Assembly (NCBI GenBank): GCA_050273025.1
Contig: CP158635.1
Location: 11,842,001-11,906,000, forward strand
Reading direction: 5' to 3'
From: Cenococcum geophilum
Taxonomy: Eukaryota
Length of the DNA: 64,000 nucleotides
Part shown: piece after piece, positions 50,601 to 64,000 of the stretch
Numbering within the stretch: position 1 is the first letter of the stretch
Layout of the letters: each line of letters begins with the position of its first letter
Notes under the pieces: generated by a model
Told to the model about the DNA's origin: nothing
The model's input: the letters and a program-made list of their open reading frames with translations, nothing else
Databases searched by the model: none
Made by a program: the position numbers and the translations under genes

Positions 50601-52372
50601 TAAAAACCTAACGGGGTTCCTAATAATAAAAGAACTTAATTATAGACAAGTTAGATAGGCAGAGATGCTTATAGAATACCATTTTAAAATTTAGTATACT
50701 AAGGGAACTAAGAATGCAAGAGCAAACGCACTTAGTAAAAAGGCTAAACTATAAAATAATAAGAAACTATTAGGAGTAATACTACGCAGAAATAAGGACG
50801 GATTAATTAGATATAATTACCCTAAACTAGCAGCAACTTAAGAGAATAATAAATTAAGAAAAGTCTATAAGACACTAGAAAGCTTTTAGGTATAAAGAAT
50901 TCTAGAAGTATAGCTAGAAGATTTATAGATAGATATATATAAGAATAGAAAAGTAAAGTATATCCTAAGGAGTATAGCAGAGCATTTTATAGAAGATTTC
51001 TATAAGGGAATAACTTAAGGACACAATGGAGTAATAGGCTTAGTATTAAGACTTTAGGAAGAATACATTATTAATAAAATCTAAAATATTATGAGAAAAG
51101 TAATAAAAGAGTATCTAAATTACTAAAGAAATAAACTAATAAGGCATAAGCTATATAGAGGGCTATAACCTATTAAAATACTAGAGAGACCATAGGAGGT
51201 TATATTATAGGACTTTATTATTAAGTTACTAAAGTTAAGAGATCCTATTACCGGATAAGATTATAATATAATCTTAGTAATAGTAGACAAGTTAACTAAA
51301 TAGGGCTATTTTATAGCATACATAAAAGAAATCTTAGTAGAAGATGTCGCTAGAATCTATATTAAAGAAGTATTTATAAGATATAGAGTACTAAGTAAGA
51401 TTATATTAGATAGAGATTTAAGATTTATAGCAGTATTCTAGGAGGCATTTTTAGCGGAGTAAGGAGTTTAAGTAGTAACTTCCACCGTATATTATTTATA
51501 GACAGACGGTTAAACGGAAAGATTAAATTAGACGCTAAAGCAGTATCTAAGGCATTATATTAATTATATATAAAACAATTAGGTATTACTATTACTAGTT
51601 ATATAGTTTGCATATAATATAACACTATAAAAAGGAATAGGTATATTACTATTTAAGGCAAATTACGGATATAAGCTAAGAATATCGTTATTACCATAGT
51701 AAGCGAAGAAGATAAGTAGCACAGCTAAAGAAAGAATAAAGATATTAATAAGTCTTTATATAGACCTTATAAAATTAGTAAAGAAAGTATAAGAGAGAAT
51801 AAAAAAGTATTATAATATTAAATGATCTAAGGGACCAGATCTTAAGGAGGGAGATAAAGTATAGCTACTATACAAAAATTTTAAGAGTTAACGACTAAGT
51901 AAGAAGTTAAACTACGTTAGACTAGGACCTTTTAAAATTATTTAGAGGATTTTACTAGTTACGTTTAAGTTAAACCTACTAGCTAAAATAAAGATCTACC
52001 CTATACAGTATATTATAATACTAGAGCTAGTATACGGGAATATTAAGCCACTAGTTTATAAAGTAGACACGTATAAAGAATAAGAAAAAGATAAATAGTA
52101 AGTTTTAAAGATTATTAGTTATAAAAACGTTAATAATAAAATATAGTATAAGGTTAAGTAGATAAGCTATAATAAGACTACCTAGGAACTACTAAAGAAT
52201 TTAAAGAACGCTATAAGAAAGGTATAAAAGTATTAGAAGAGATTAGGTCAGGCAGCATTAATAAAAAAATCGCTAAAAAATAAACTACTTAAGGGGGACC
52301 TAAGAAGAGCAGTTACCGAACTACTTAAATCTATTTCCTTCTTAATTAAAAGAGAATCTATTCTTTTATTAC

Positions 52373-55300
52373 TATTAGTGTTATAGGGTAACTTACCAAT
52401 ACTACTTGAATAGACATAGTAAATGTTGGTTGCAAAGCTTGTTGTTTAAAATTAGGGGGTAGGTGAGGAACCTAAGGTTCCTTACCACGCTAGTGCCGCG
52501 GCGACACGTAACAACACATGACAACCACTTGCCTCATTCCCAACACTAGCAACTCTTCTTTTGTAGTTGCCATCTATATACACTTATAGATTACTACTAT
52601 ATAAAGATATAAAGCTAAGGAAAAGAAGAAGAAGAAATAAAGGGGAAAAGGTAGCGTAGGTAGATGTACGGGTTCGTGCAAAGATATTAGTTCCGCTTAC
52701 CGCTCTTAGCCGAGCCAATAGCAATTTTTTATCCTAGGGATAGAAAATCCTAATTGGCTAGCTCAATAAATAGCGTTGGCAGAACTCCACACCGCTACCC
52801 GAATTAATTAGGCGTAGCGCTCTTGGCAAGAATCTAACCAATTAAACAACTTTAACCGGTGGTTAAAGTTCCATAAAATCTTAACTTCTCTAAATTTCCC
52901 TCTTAACCTAACCTTTAACTCGTATATATAGAGTATTTATATTAACAAACGTCTCTAGTGCCTTATTTAGGTTTGCCTTTGTTATTACATCTACTAGGTT
53001 ATCTTGGCCATTAATTTATTAGATCTTAAAGAGTTCTTAATACTTATAGGACTGCTAAAGTGCTATAATATCGATTATAAGGCGCTTTTCCTTTATAGTA
53101 CTAAGCTTAATTAAATACTTATAGAGGGAATATAAGTTAGTGCACACGATTATAGGGATAATAGGAAGTTTAAGTCAATCTATAATTATCTTAAGGGTAG
53201 TTCCAATTACAATTGCTATATTAACTCCACTAACTATTCTATATATCTCTAACGCTAGAACGCTTTAAGTAACGCGTTTACTCTTAATTAAGCTCTAATA
53301 GATAAGATTACCGTAGATTATAAAATCATTCTCTTTAGTAAATTCGTTCGCTATAATAATTTTATATCCTAGCTGGGAGCTAAAATCTTTATTATTTGCA
53401 AACGATCTATTAACAAATACAAATAGCTTGGCGGTAGGAAGATTAATAGGCACGTAGAGTAGTCCCTAATTAAGATAGTTTATTTGCTAGAAAAGACACT
53501 TATTCAGGTTAAAAACATTATCCTTAGTTAGTTCCTGGTATTAGGCAGTAATAGAGAGATTAAAGGAAGCTTTAGGTTAACAGATAGAAGCCACATAAGC
53601 TCTATAAGCGCGTTGCTCCACATATCCTTGCTTTAGAGAATTAACATTAATAATATTAATCTTCTTGCCTTAACCTTTCTGGCGTAGGGCAATAGAATCC
53701 TTATTTAGGGAAATAATGCATCTATTAAAGAGTAATGGTGTTATTAAATCAAGTCTTTCCTTTGGCTTTGCCATAAGGTTTACCTTTACTAGCTCATCTT
53801 CTTTAAGAGCTGAGAATTGGTCGTCTCCTAAGATAATTATATTATCTATTTATATGCCAACGATTCCAAATAGAGTTCCTGTGGCTGTAATAAGGAAGTA
53901 GGGATTAAATATAGAAGTAGTTATCAAAAGCTTCTCTTTGTAGTGCTTGCTGTAAATAGCCCACTAATGAGTTCCTGCCTCTATAATTCTATATAGTGGC
54001 TTAAGCATAACTATAATTGTATCTTCGGGATATTAGTGGCGAATTTGCTCTGGAAGGTATACTAGTATTAAGCGCTAAAGGCGTATCTTTAATTGGGTAT
54101 AGGCCTAGGTAATATCTTATAAATAAACTACTATTCTACTCTTTATTAAGGAGGGAGCTAGCGTAATAATAACTCGCTAACTAGCTCATTAAATTGTGGG
54201 AGATTGCGTAAGAATTACCTCCTTACTATTATCGTTATAACCTTAGATAATAAGCCTTAATTTCTTAAATAGGGCGTTAGTAGCTTTGCCCTTAATCTCG
54301 TTAACTATTTTTAACTTAAAGATGCGAACTCTATTAAACTTAGTAGGGTTATATTTCTTAAATTTAAAGACTCCTCTTATAATAAGACCGTTAATCTTCT
54401 GTTTATTAGATGCTTGGAAAGGAGCTCCTAGAGTTATAATACGGCCTTCTTTTTGGAGCTGTTTTGCGAGCTTAAAGTTATCCTTCTCTTTAGCTGTTAT
54501 AAAAGCTATTAATAACTCGTCTTCACTCTTAATAGCAGTAATAAATTGCTCTTTAAAATCTATAAGATATTAGCGATTCTATAATCCCTTCGGGCGACCT
54601 CTACCACGTCGTAATTACGGCACGTCTACTACAATTATATTAGAATCGTTATCACCTTCTAAAGCACGTTGATCGTAGTTCTCCTTTAGGGTATTCTCTA
54701 GGGCATCCTATAAAGGCTCGGAGCTATTATTTTTATAGTAGGGCTTAACAACAGTTAAGCGGAATTAAGTGGGTCTATGGGGCATCTAGAGAGTGTAGGT
54801 TTGACTATTAATTATAATAAGTTTATATAGGCCTAACCATCCTCCCTTTTTACGCTATACGCGTACCTCAGATTAGAGCGGTAGATTAAGCGTAGTTAAG
54901 GTGTTTGGGCCATTTCTTATTCCTAGTACGTTGTTGACCTAGCGCGTAGCGTAGAGACGTCACACCTCCTTTATTACTTTACGGATAGCCTTAGCTTATT
55001 ACACAATAGAGGGAGATAGTAGAGAATTATTAGTTATTTAAGGGTAGGCGCCAAAGACTAGCAACGTGGGTACGAGCCTATTTGGACTAGCGGAATCGTT
55101 AACAGCCTTAACAGCCATCTATAAGATAAGCTCTTCGCTAGCGTCCTCTAGTTCTAAAGAAATAATCTTATATACTCGGCGTAATAGTATATAGTATCGT
55201 TTTACTTTTCTAACGCTATTATATGCCTTAATAAGGACTTCCTTAACCTTAATTTCTATTGCCTTTACCTATTACCAAAACTCTGCAGATAAGAAGTTCC

Positions 55301-58300
55301 TTTCTACGTTATAAATAATTCAATTAGGGGGTCCTAGGTAGATATTAATCTAGCATAATTAGAGAGTATCCTATACGTTCCTAGCTAATATATCCTTTAG
55401 GAAGCGTGCGGCTTAGAAGGATATTAAGAAGTTAACAACTTAAAGTACTAGCTTGCCGCTAAGATATATAATGTTAATAATAATACAGAAGTTAAAGTTA
55501 TAGTTATCTTTAAGGGTAAACTTAAATCGGCTAGGGGACTTCTAGTTTATTTAGTAGTAATAGCAGTACTTTATAAGATGCTCAATTATCTTAACCTTAA
55601 CTTTATAACCTACTCGCTAAAAAACCCTAAGCAGTTAGTAAATAGATAGGTAGCCAAAACGACGGTGTAGTTAACGTAGCTCTAACTCGGTTAAGTAGCT
55701 TTAAGTAATACTCCTTTCTAGCTGTTAAAGGAGCAACTAAGGGTGACCCCACTTACGTATAACGGGCACCTAATTATCTCCCTAAATAAGTATATTCTTA
55801 AGGTTATTAAGCTTAACGCCTAATTTATCTATATTTTGGATACAGAATAGAAACGGGGTGTTCGCGGAAATAATGTAGAAAATAATATATCCTAATGGGG
55901 TTTAGACCTTAATTGTGCCAAGAGAGATTATAGTACCCTTACTAAAGCGAATTGTATATTAGCCTGCCGTTAATTAGTTAATCTAAACAGAGCTATTAAG
56001 CTGCTAAAGAGCTCGTACTTAAGGTTCTCCTGCTATAGATACTCCTGCGGCTTTAGTATCTAGTATAATACTATAGAAGACGTTTACTAAGTATCTGTCA
56101 TTAAATAAGAACACGGAACTCTCCCTTAGCTTATTAAAAATATCTAACTTTGTAATAGAATAAAGTGTAGATTAGTCGTTAAGAATAGCAATAGTTTATG
56201 TGCCATCTACCTTACCAAACTCGGTAAAGTATTGGTTGGAAGGGTAGTCCTTAATTTCCATATCTATAAGGAGTTGTTTGGCCTTATTAACCTTACCCTT
56301 AAGATCTTTTACACCTTTATATTAAACCAGGAAGCTTTAGAAGTAGGCCGTAGTAACCTTATAGTTTCTAACATTTCTTACACTCTGGCGAAACTTATTA
56401 TATGCCTCTTTTTATCTGTTAAAAGGGTGCCTAGTTAACTAGCAATTTAGCTTCTTACAAATGTAATACTTCTTCTAGCGATTACTTTGAAATAAACCTC
56501 TATAAGGACCTCCACAATTACTTTATAGTCGGCGTTAATCGTACCCTTTACCGTATCCCCTACCACAATATATTTAATCAGTCCAGTTATAGTTATGTTA
56601 ATTATTTAGGTTAATTAAAGTAGGTTAGGGTTAGGCGTTAAATTACTGCACTTTTTAAGAACGTAGAGCGGTGCTAATAAAGGATCTTAATTAAGCATAT
56701 ACTCCTTTGTAAGTATTTATAGGATTAAAAAGAGTAAGGTTGCATTCTTTAACACCTTAGCATACGCTAATAACTTAATCGTGTAGGCTAAAGTCCTCTT
56801 AATATAATTCGGATAAACCACGCTAAATCGTCTAAAGTTAATTAAAGAGCTTTTAAAGACAATCAAGCTAAGAAACACCTAGGTTTATAGCAATAATCCT
56901 TAGGAAGATAGTCTCTCTCTATTCCGACATATACTATTACTTATTCTCTTCTATTTTAAAGTAGTATCTTAACTCATATATCATACGGTTAAAATTATAC
57001 CCTTTTCCTACTAAACGATTATAGTAAAAGGTGCTAGCGCGGCCTTTAAGCATAACGGAATAGGCGTTATAATATTGGTTAGGTTCTAGTCCTACCTTCT
57101 AGTAACAGTTATAAAAGATACGTAGCTTTAAATTAAGGATATTATACAGCTCCCCGCCAAACTTCTTTTCCTAGTCTGAATAGAGCTTTATAAGATCTAT
57201 AAGCAACTTTAAGATGCCTCCAAGTGGCGCTAAGTTGGGTTAAGATTGCATTATAGGCTGTAGTAGGGATGTAGAGCTTAATGGAACAGAGTATGGTACT
57301 TAATCTTACTGTAGAAGAGTTTAAAGGTTATTAAGTCGCGAAGTAGGGGGTTCTAAAGCAATAGAACTAGAGCACGTCTCTAGTAGCATATTGCTTGGAT
57401 TCCATCATAAGTTAAGCTTCTTCATAATACGTAGTTAGTACTTAATCTCTTATAGAGTCTATTTATGTTCTTCTTTTACTTCAATAATATGCTCCTAAAT
57501 ATTATCTCCAATACCTCCCCCATCTATAGGGATAAATACTCTATACTCCTAAAGGAAGTTACGGAAGTCCCGCACGAGATCTTTATATATAGGAACCTAT
57601 ATTTCCTTTATCTATTTAACAAAGTCCTCCTTTATACAATACCATAGCATAGTGTTATTGTATTTGCTGTCTTTATAGTATGCTATGCGGTATAATAAGA
57701 ATCTATTTAGCTCCTTTTACTCAGCAGTTATAAAGTCGGTTATAGGTCTATCCTATATCTCCGGGTTAATATCTTTCTTATACTTCTTTAGATAGGTCAA
57801 CGCTATAATAACAGTTGTTTAATATATAGAGAGTGTTAAGAATATAGGGATAGCATACTAGCAGAACTTTAATAGTCTGGCAAAGCTAAAATTATTATAA
57901 AGTAAGGGCGCGCTAATACTACCTTAGATGCTAATAGAGGAGTATAAGGGCTAGAGAGCGCGTTATTAACGTAATTTTAACGTGGTAGGGCCGCTAGGAA
58001 CGTGGCAGAGTGTTAAGAGTATTATTTTTAACGCGTTTCAGACGTTAACTTAGGACCTTAGGTTTAGTGACACTTCTAACCTAAAGTACTCGACTAAATC
58101 TTCGTAAATATAGTTATTCTGCGTAATAGACGCAACTTAGTATCTCCTAGTACTTAGTAACACTTCTATTACTAGTTTTCCGCAAGTCTAAGGTAGCACA
58201 GTATTACCGGGATCCATTCCATATAAGCGTATATGGCACCCCTATATAAGACTGTCTCTTCTGTTAAAAACCTTACTATTCTATAGTTAACTGTATATTT

Positions 58301-58486
58301 AACCACTGATTAGTGTTAGTGTCATAGGGTAACTCACCAATGCTACTCGAGTAGACATAGTGAATGTTGGTTGTAAAGCTTATTGTTTAGAATTAGGGGG
58401 TGTGTAAGGAACCTAAGGTTCCTCACTACGCTAGTGCCGCGGCGACACGTGACGACACGTGACGACCGCTTGCCTCATTCCCGACA
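52373..58486 (-). mobile_element. Full-length Ty1/Copia element G (6114 bp)
   Basis: 173 bp LTRs at 52373-52545 and 58314-58486, TSD attac, empty site in A1. Protease (MP)DT(G)AA ~56060, integrase ~55200-55500, RT VG(MQT)D(DT) ~53850, RNase H FV(DG)SFANNKDFSSQLG ~53400. Confidence 0.95.
52679..52882 (+). promoter_or_regulatory. Conserved non-coding module, least-mutated copy in Copia G (core 52679-52805; sub-module 52820-52882)
   Basis: Homologous to the copies in E and F. Contains agccaat...attggct inverted arms and the palindrome aactttaacc-ggt-ggttaaagtt. Confidence 0.55.
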
Positions 58487-59324
58487 ATTACTAAGTTCCT
58501 ATAAACCTTATTCTATAAGTTTTTACTTTTTAAAATAGACCTTCTTATAAACCTTCTTAAGACGGATTAGTTAAGTAAACGCCATAAGATAAGAATTAAG
58601 GGCTCTTTACTAAGCTTTAGCAGCCTCTTATTTAGTATTATAAGAATAATATAATTCTGTAAAAGTAATAGATAGTTTATTATTTAGCCGCGTAATAATA
58701 GATTAAATATAAAACCCTAAGATAAATTAATTAAGAAACTAGATAACTATTAAGAGTAATAGGTTATATATATTTAGCATTAGAGATAGAGTAAATATTA
58801 TAGGATAAATAAATATTTGCTTTAGTGTACTTTAAGTAAGAGGACGGTTATTATAAAAATAGACTCGCTAACGTAATATAAACTAACCCTTCTTTTAAAC
58901 AACAAGAATATAGAGATAGTATAATCTTACTAAGAGATAATATTATAGCAATAGTATAAGACCGACGAGCTATAAACGAAGAAGAAGAAGCTTTAGGTAT
59001 AATAAGTAATAATATTAACTAAATTAATTAGATAGATATTATACCTCTAGTAAATAACTTAGAGATATTTAAAATCTTTAAGGATAAAGATAAAAAGGAG
59101 GGAGATAGTGTTATAGACGCTTTAAGTATAATATTATAACTACTTAGAGAGAAGTTAAAAGAAGCTAGTTAATTAATTTAAATATAGTCTAGGATAAAGC
59201 CGATAGAGCTATATAACGAGGAATAGTAGCTAAAGTTATATAATATAATCTATATAATCTAGATAATCTATATAATTTATAATAAAGTAAATAGAGCGCA
59301 CGTACCTTATATATAAAGGGAATT

Positions 59325-62300
59325 AATAATATTCGCTTTAAAAAGCCGCTATAGCAGCAGAACACGCCTACTACCTACCCAATAAAGAAATAACCATCTC
59401 CAATTAAATCTACGGCATATTATGCCCTAGAACTAATGTATATAGCACAGCCAGAAAGCCTACGCGACCTTAGGGGGTCATAGCAGACTTAAAGGGGAGG
59501 CGCCGTATAGGAAAACGCGATATAACAATAAACATAATAAAGGGCGATATAACTACAACAACTAAAGGACACCGACTAGAAATGGCAGAAACTCGTAGAC
59601 ATTTTAAAAGACATTAAGGAAAATCTAGGGAAGGGAGAAGATAAACACCTATACGTAGGGGTAGCGCGTGCGGCTTAAGAAGTAGGCTAAATCGCCTAGG
59701 AACTCTAGATAAAGTATAATAGGAACTAGAATATAGTAGAGAATAGACTTAGGCGCATTAAAGACGCTATAAAAGAGTAGAAACTACTAATAACGCAAGT
59801 AGTAAAACTATTATAGGCTAATATCGCAGTAGGCGCCTAACTGGCGACCCTCCCTCGCCTACCTAGTGTAGCACTAGTAAGAGCCATAGTTAGGGTTTAT
59901 ATACTAATAGCAGTAGGAACGGACCCGGAATAGATCCTTATATTAATTAAAGTATATATACTAAAGGCAGTAGCGGTAAGGATTTTATATAGCGGTAATA
60001 TAGAGGTTATGCTCCCTAACTAGAAGGTAAAGGACTAGACCCTTACCTAAGGAGACACCCCTAAGTATAAAATTCTCCGCTAGGATTTCCCAGTTAAAAT
60101 AATTAGGGTACCTCTTACTATATAAGTGGAAAGTGGGAAAGGCGCTATAAATATATAGATTATTTAAAGGATTACGGAGGCTACTAAAAAACTAGTCCTA
60201 GGGATTACTATAACCAGAATCGTATAGCTATATAAAAAAGAGCGTATAATATATATAGGGGAGACACTAGGGCCTTAAAGGATTAAAACACGCGGCACCT
60301 TAATAATTAACCTACTAACCTAAGAAATGTAGGCTATAGTAGCCCGTAAAGGAGTAGTTATAGATAGCCTCTAGTATAAAGCCTAACTATACTACTACGC
60401 GGTAGAAGTTTAATAATACTTTAGATGCTAATAGTAGGGGTATACCTAAAGCGGATATAGGAAGGACGCAAGGTGCGGGATATACGCCGATATACACGAC
60501 ACTAAGGACTGCTGTAAGGATAAGGGAGATAGATATATAAACTACGGAAAAGGACATAAAGTATAGCAGAAGACGGCGTATAAAACCTACTAGGTATACT
60601 TAAAAGCTACTATAATAAGACGTATTAAACTATACTAAAATATAGCTATAGTATAGGGAAATGCTTATGAGGAGAAGGAGATAAGTAGGGTAAATAACGC
60701 AAACGACGGAACCTGGTTAATCGTACAGTAAAAGAAATTTAGGTTACCTACTCTAATGGGAGCACCCTCTACCTAACTAGTAGTAAAACGGGCTATAGGA
60801 TGCCTATAAGGCAGCACTAACGCCACTAAAGACCCGTCCTAGTAGAGAATCCTAATTATAATGATCCTAGATAGGACGCCCTAGATATAAAGGGAAGGCG
60901 CTAGTAAGTCACTAGACTAATTACCACTATAAAATTAATAATAATAGTTTAATATAACTGCGGATACTTAAACTATAGAGCTATGCGCCCTTTATTTAAT
61001 AGTCTAGACCTAAAGAAATACTAAATAATTGCAATATAGAAACTAGTATTTAATAAGCAAACCTAAAAAACGTACCAACTAAAAGGATACTACCTCCTAT
61101 ATAAACCAGACCCGGCTACCTACGCGTGCTTCCTAATTAGTAAATATATTAATATATAGACATAGAGCTACCGCTCTATTAGCCCTAATATAACTAAACT
61201 ATAAATAGCTATAGAGAGGGGCCAAATTAGTATAATTAATGTTTATAACCTAAGTAACAATAGACCCTAGATAACTACGTAGGGCCTACTCTAATAAACT
61301 ATTGACTTAGTAGAAGGCAAGATAATAGTCCTAGGGGACTTTAATATATACTATACGGTATAGGGAGGACTATAGGCTATAGTGGAAGCATAAGCGACTT
61401 ACCTACTTAACGAACTAGTAATATAAGACATTATCTTAACTACCTTAACTAGTAAACCTATATGGAAAAGAGGAACCTAAGAGAGTATAATCAACCTCAT
61501 ATTTATACAAGAAGCGCTCGCAGACTAACTAGGATTCTGTAAACTAGAAGATATATAGGCACTAACCGCAGACTATATACCTATATAGATAGCTCTTAAC
61601 GTTACTATCCCAGCGCTATAAACTCACTAGAGATACGCCATTAAAAAACTTAATTAGGAAAAATACTCCTAGGAAATTAATAATAGACTAGCAGCAACCC
61701 CTAAAGTAACGCTAAAGAATATCTAGAGGACTATAAGTAACTACCTAGAGGAATACTGCCTAAAGGCTAGGCTTAACAAATATGCTCGGCGCAAGTAGTT
61801 ACTAGAGGCAGTATAGCTACTTATAGGCTTAAGGAGGGCGAGGCGATAGTATAGTATAATAGGCGAGGCCTACTACTAATAGAGCCACAAGGCCCTAAAG
61901 AATAGGCTTAAGAAGATAATGCGGAAGGAAAGTAGAAATAGCTAGCGTTAATTCCTAGAGGAAATCACCTTAGATATTACTAAACTATATAACTAAGGCC
62001 TCTAGCGCATATCAAAGTGGAGTAGAAAAATAGTTGGTGAAACGCTAGGAGACCCCTATCTACCTATACTCTATAGGACAGAACAGGATCAATACACAAA
62101 CAAAAATAGGGAAAAAATGAAAATACTAGTAAAGAGGTTCTTCCCTGGCGTAGTCCAAGCGGACCTATAGGACACTAGCAGTTAAGAAGACCCTATACCT
62201 CTAGAGATAAGCTAGATAGTTATAATAAAGGAGATAAAGGACGCTATATAGAAGCTCCCTAATAGGAAAGTAGTAGGACCAGATAGGATCCTAAATAAGG

Positions 62301-64000
62301 CAATTAAAGCTATATTAGAAGCTTTAATAATACTACTAGCCAATATTGCAACTACCTACCTATACAAAGGCAAGCTACTAGAATGCTATAAAGCAACAAC
62401 TACAGTTATCCTACGAAAGGTAAATAAAAAGGACTACTCTCTACTAGGAAGCTACCGACTAATCGCCCTTAAAAACACGTTAGGAAAGCTCCTAGAAAAA
62501 ATAGTTATAGAGCGTATATAAGAAACCGTAGAAGTATATAAGCTACTACTATAGATATAAATAGGCGCAAGGAAGAAGCGATTAACCCTATTAGCCATCT
62601 CCCTAATTACTTTTAGCGTCCAGGCAGCGTGGCAAGCTAGGCCAGGCTATATAGTATCTATACTAAGCCTAGACATAAGCGGAGCCTTTAACCATATATC
62701 GCACGAGAGGCTCCTATAAATCCTAAGAAAGAAGGGCCTCCTAAAATAGATAATTAAGTTTACCTAATCCTTCTTAATAGGGCGCAATACTAAAATGGTA
62801 TTCGGGGGATATAAAAGTGAAACAATACCAATATACACAGGAATTCTATAGGGATCACCCCTATCGCTAATCCTGTTCCTATTCTTTATATCTAAGCTAC
62901 TAAAGACATTTAACAACGACCAGAAAATAGTAGCCCTAGGCTTTATAGACGACACAAACCTTATTATATAGGGAAACACAGTAGTAGAAAACTGCACTAG
63001 GCTAAATCAGGCATATAATAGGTGCGTTATATAGGCAAAACGACATAGTGCCAAATTTGCACCAGATAAATACTAGCTTATCTATTTTATAAGGAAAAGG
63101 AGGGTAAACGATAACCTAGTGTTAACGGTAAGTATCTAGGGATGCGAAGCAAAGCTAAAAGCCACACTTAAGGTCCTAAGGGTCTAGGTGGATACTAAAC
63201 TAAACTAGAATATACATATTATAAAGACGACCACTAGGGGTGCAGTAGCATTCGCAGTAGCATTATGAATTACAGCCTTAACCTAGGGACTATTATTTAG
63301 ACGTACACGACTACTATACACAGTAGTAGTAAGACTAACAATGCTATACGGAGCCTAGATTTGGGGCCTCGGACTAAACGGCAAGCTAATAGTAAAAAGC
63401 TCCCTAGCGCCACTAGAAAAACTATAGAACTAATGCCTACGTAAAATTATAGGAGCCTATAAGCGGATACCATATGCCGCAATAGAACGCGAAGCAGCAG
63501 TACTACTACTTAATGTCTATATAGATATAACTGCTATATAAAGAGCAGCCACAGTATAAGGACACCTAGTAGAGAAAGATATATACTAAGTACTAAAACG
63601 TATACGCGAAGTAAGGCCTTACTAGAGAGGAGTAAGGTCCTACTAGAGGCGTAACGCGCCTAAGTATATAAGCTAGGAGGCCCTACGCCTATAAGCAGTA
63701 GAGAGAGAATAAGAAATATGGGAGCTACTATAACACCAAGTAGAGACCCAGCGCCACGCTGGTAGAGTACTACTACGGCAATAGAGGATAGGAGGCTACT
63801 AATATAGGTGGAGATTAACTATATATATCGCAAGATAGGCAAATATAGAGTAGAAGCGACGCTAGAAGAAGGCGGTAAAGACATAAAGAGCAGCCACGTA
63901 GAACACCCTATAGATAATACTGACTCTCCCCCTATATAAAGGATAGACGAAGGCAGAATCTACGGCTGGCTTTCTATTACGGATAGAGGTAATAGGGCTA
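59325..64000 (+). mobile_element. Tad1-type LINE (ORF1 ~59436-60932, ORF2 ~60929 to window end), RIP-inactivated
   Basis: ORF1 with three Cys/His knuckles ~60410-60580. ORF2 APE endonuclease V(Q)YNCG, LGDFN ~61331; RT LDISGAF(D) ~62670, GI(PQ)GSPLS, F(V)DD ~62942. Confidence 0.95.

Larger units (their letters stand above)
45591..59324 (+). mobile_element. Ty3/Gypsy family A copy 2; contains Copia G, and its 3' LTR is cut by a LINE
   Basis: 5' LTR 45591-45993, gag ATG 46035, CCHC ~47000-47080, pol ~48870-52290, antisense ORF start ~59039, 3' LTR from 59109. Confidence 0.95.

Noticed and set aside
52650..52680. tRNA-like A/B boxes upstream of the shared module in G
   Set aside because: Spacing is too short, there is no cloverleaf, and they are not conserved in the E or F copies.
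52679..52805. Shared module as a known snRNA/snoRNA
   Set aside because: I could not match it to U1-U6, U3 or U14 motifs from memory; an Rfam search is still needed.
59325..59435. HDV-like ribozyme at the LINE 5' end
   Set aside because: No consistent P1/P2/P3 pairing could be built.

Overview
No intact host gene is visible. The window is an AT-rich, fungal (filamentous ascomycete-type) transposon graveyard. Repeat-induced point mutation (RIP; CpA->TpA, TpG->TpA, some CpG) has riddled almost every coding region with stops, so the supplied ORF track is mostly noise. Reading through RIP, the window resolves into nested insertions. LTR elements: two copies of a chromo-Ty3/Gypsy family (A1, A2), three further Gypsy elements (B, E, F), two copies of an LTR family seen only by its 3' end (D1, D2), two Ty1/Copia elements (C, G) and a non-autonomous LTR element (H). 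Non-LTR elements: a Tad1-type LINE, an ORF1-only 'half-LINE' and a ~1 kb non-coding retroposon. DNA elements: three TA-flanked TIR elements and a Crypton tyrosine-recombinase element. Highlights: (1) the 1 kb retroposon begins exactly with a complete HDV-like ribozyme fold; (2) Gypsy E carries a large extra gene with a 2OG-Fe(II) dioxygenase-like HxD...H...R signature; (3) a ~125 bp non-coding hairpin/CCAAT module is shared by the post-pol regions of two Gypsy families and one Copia family; (4) the Crypton is bracketed by 316 bp direct repeats; (5) two LTR families carry antisense Zn2Cys6-like genes. All protein calls rest on manual translation with inferred de-RIP substitutions; no database search was run.
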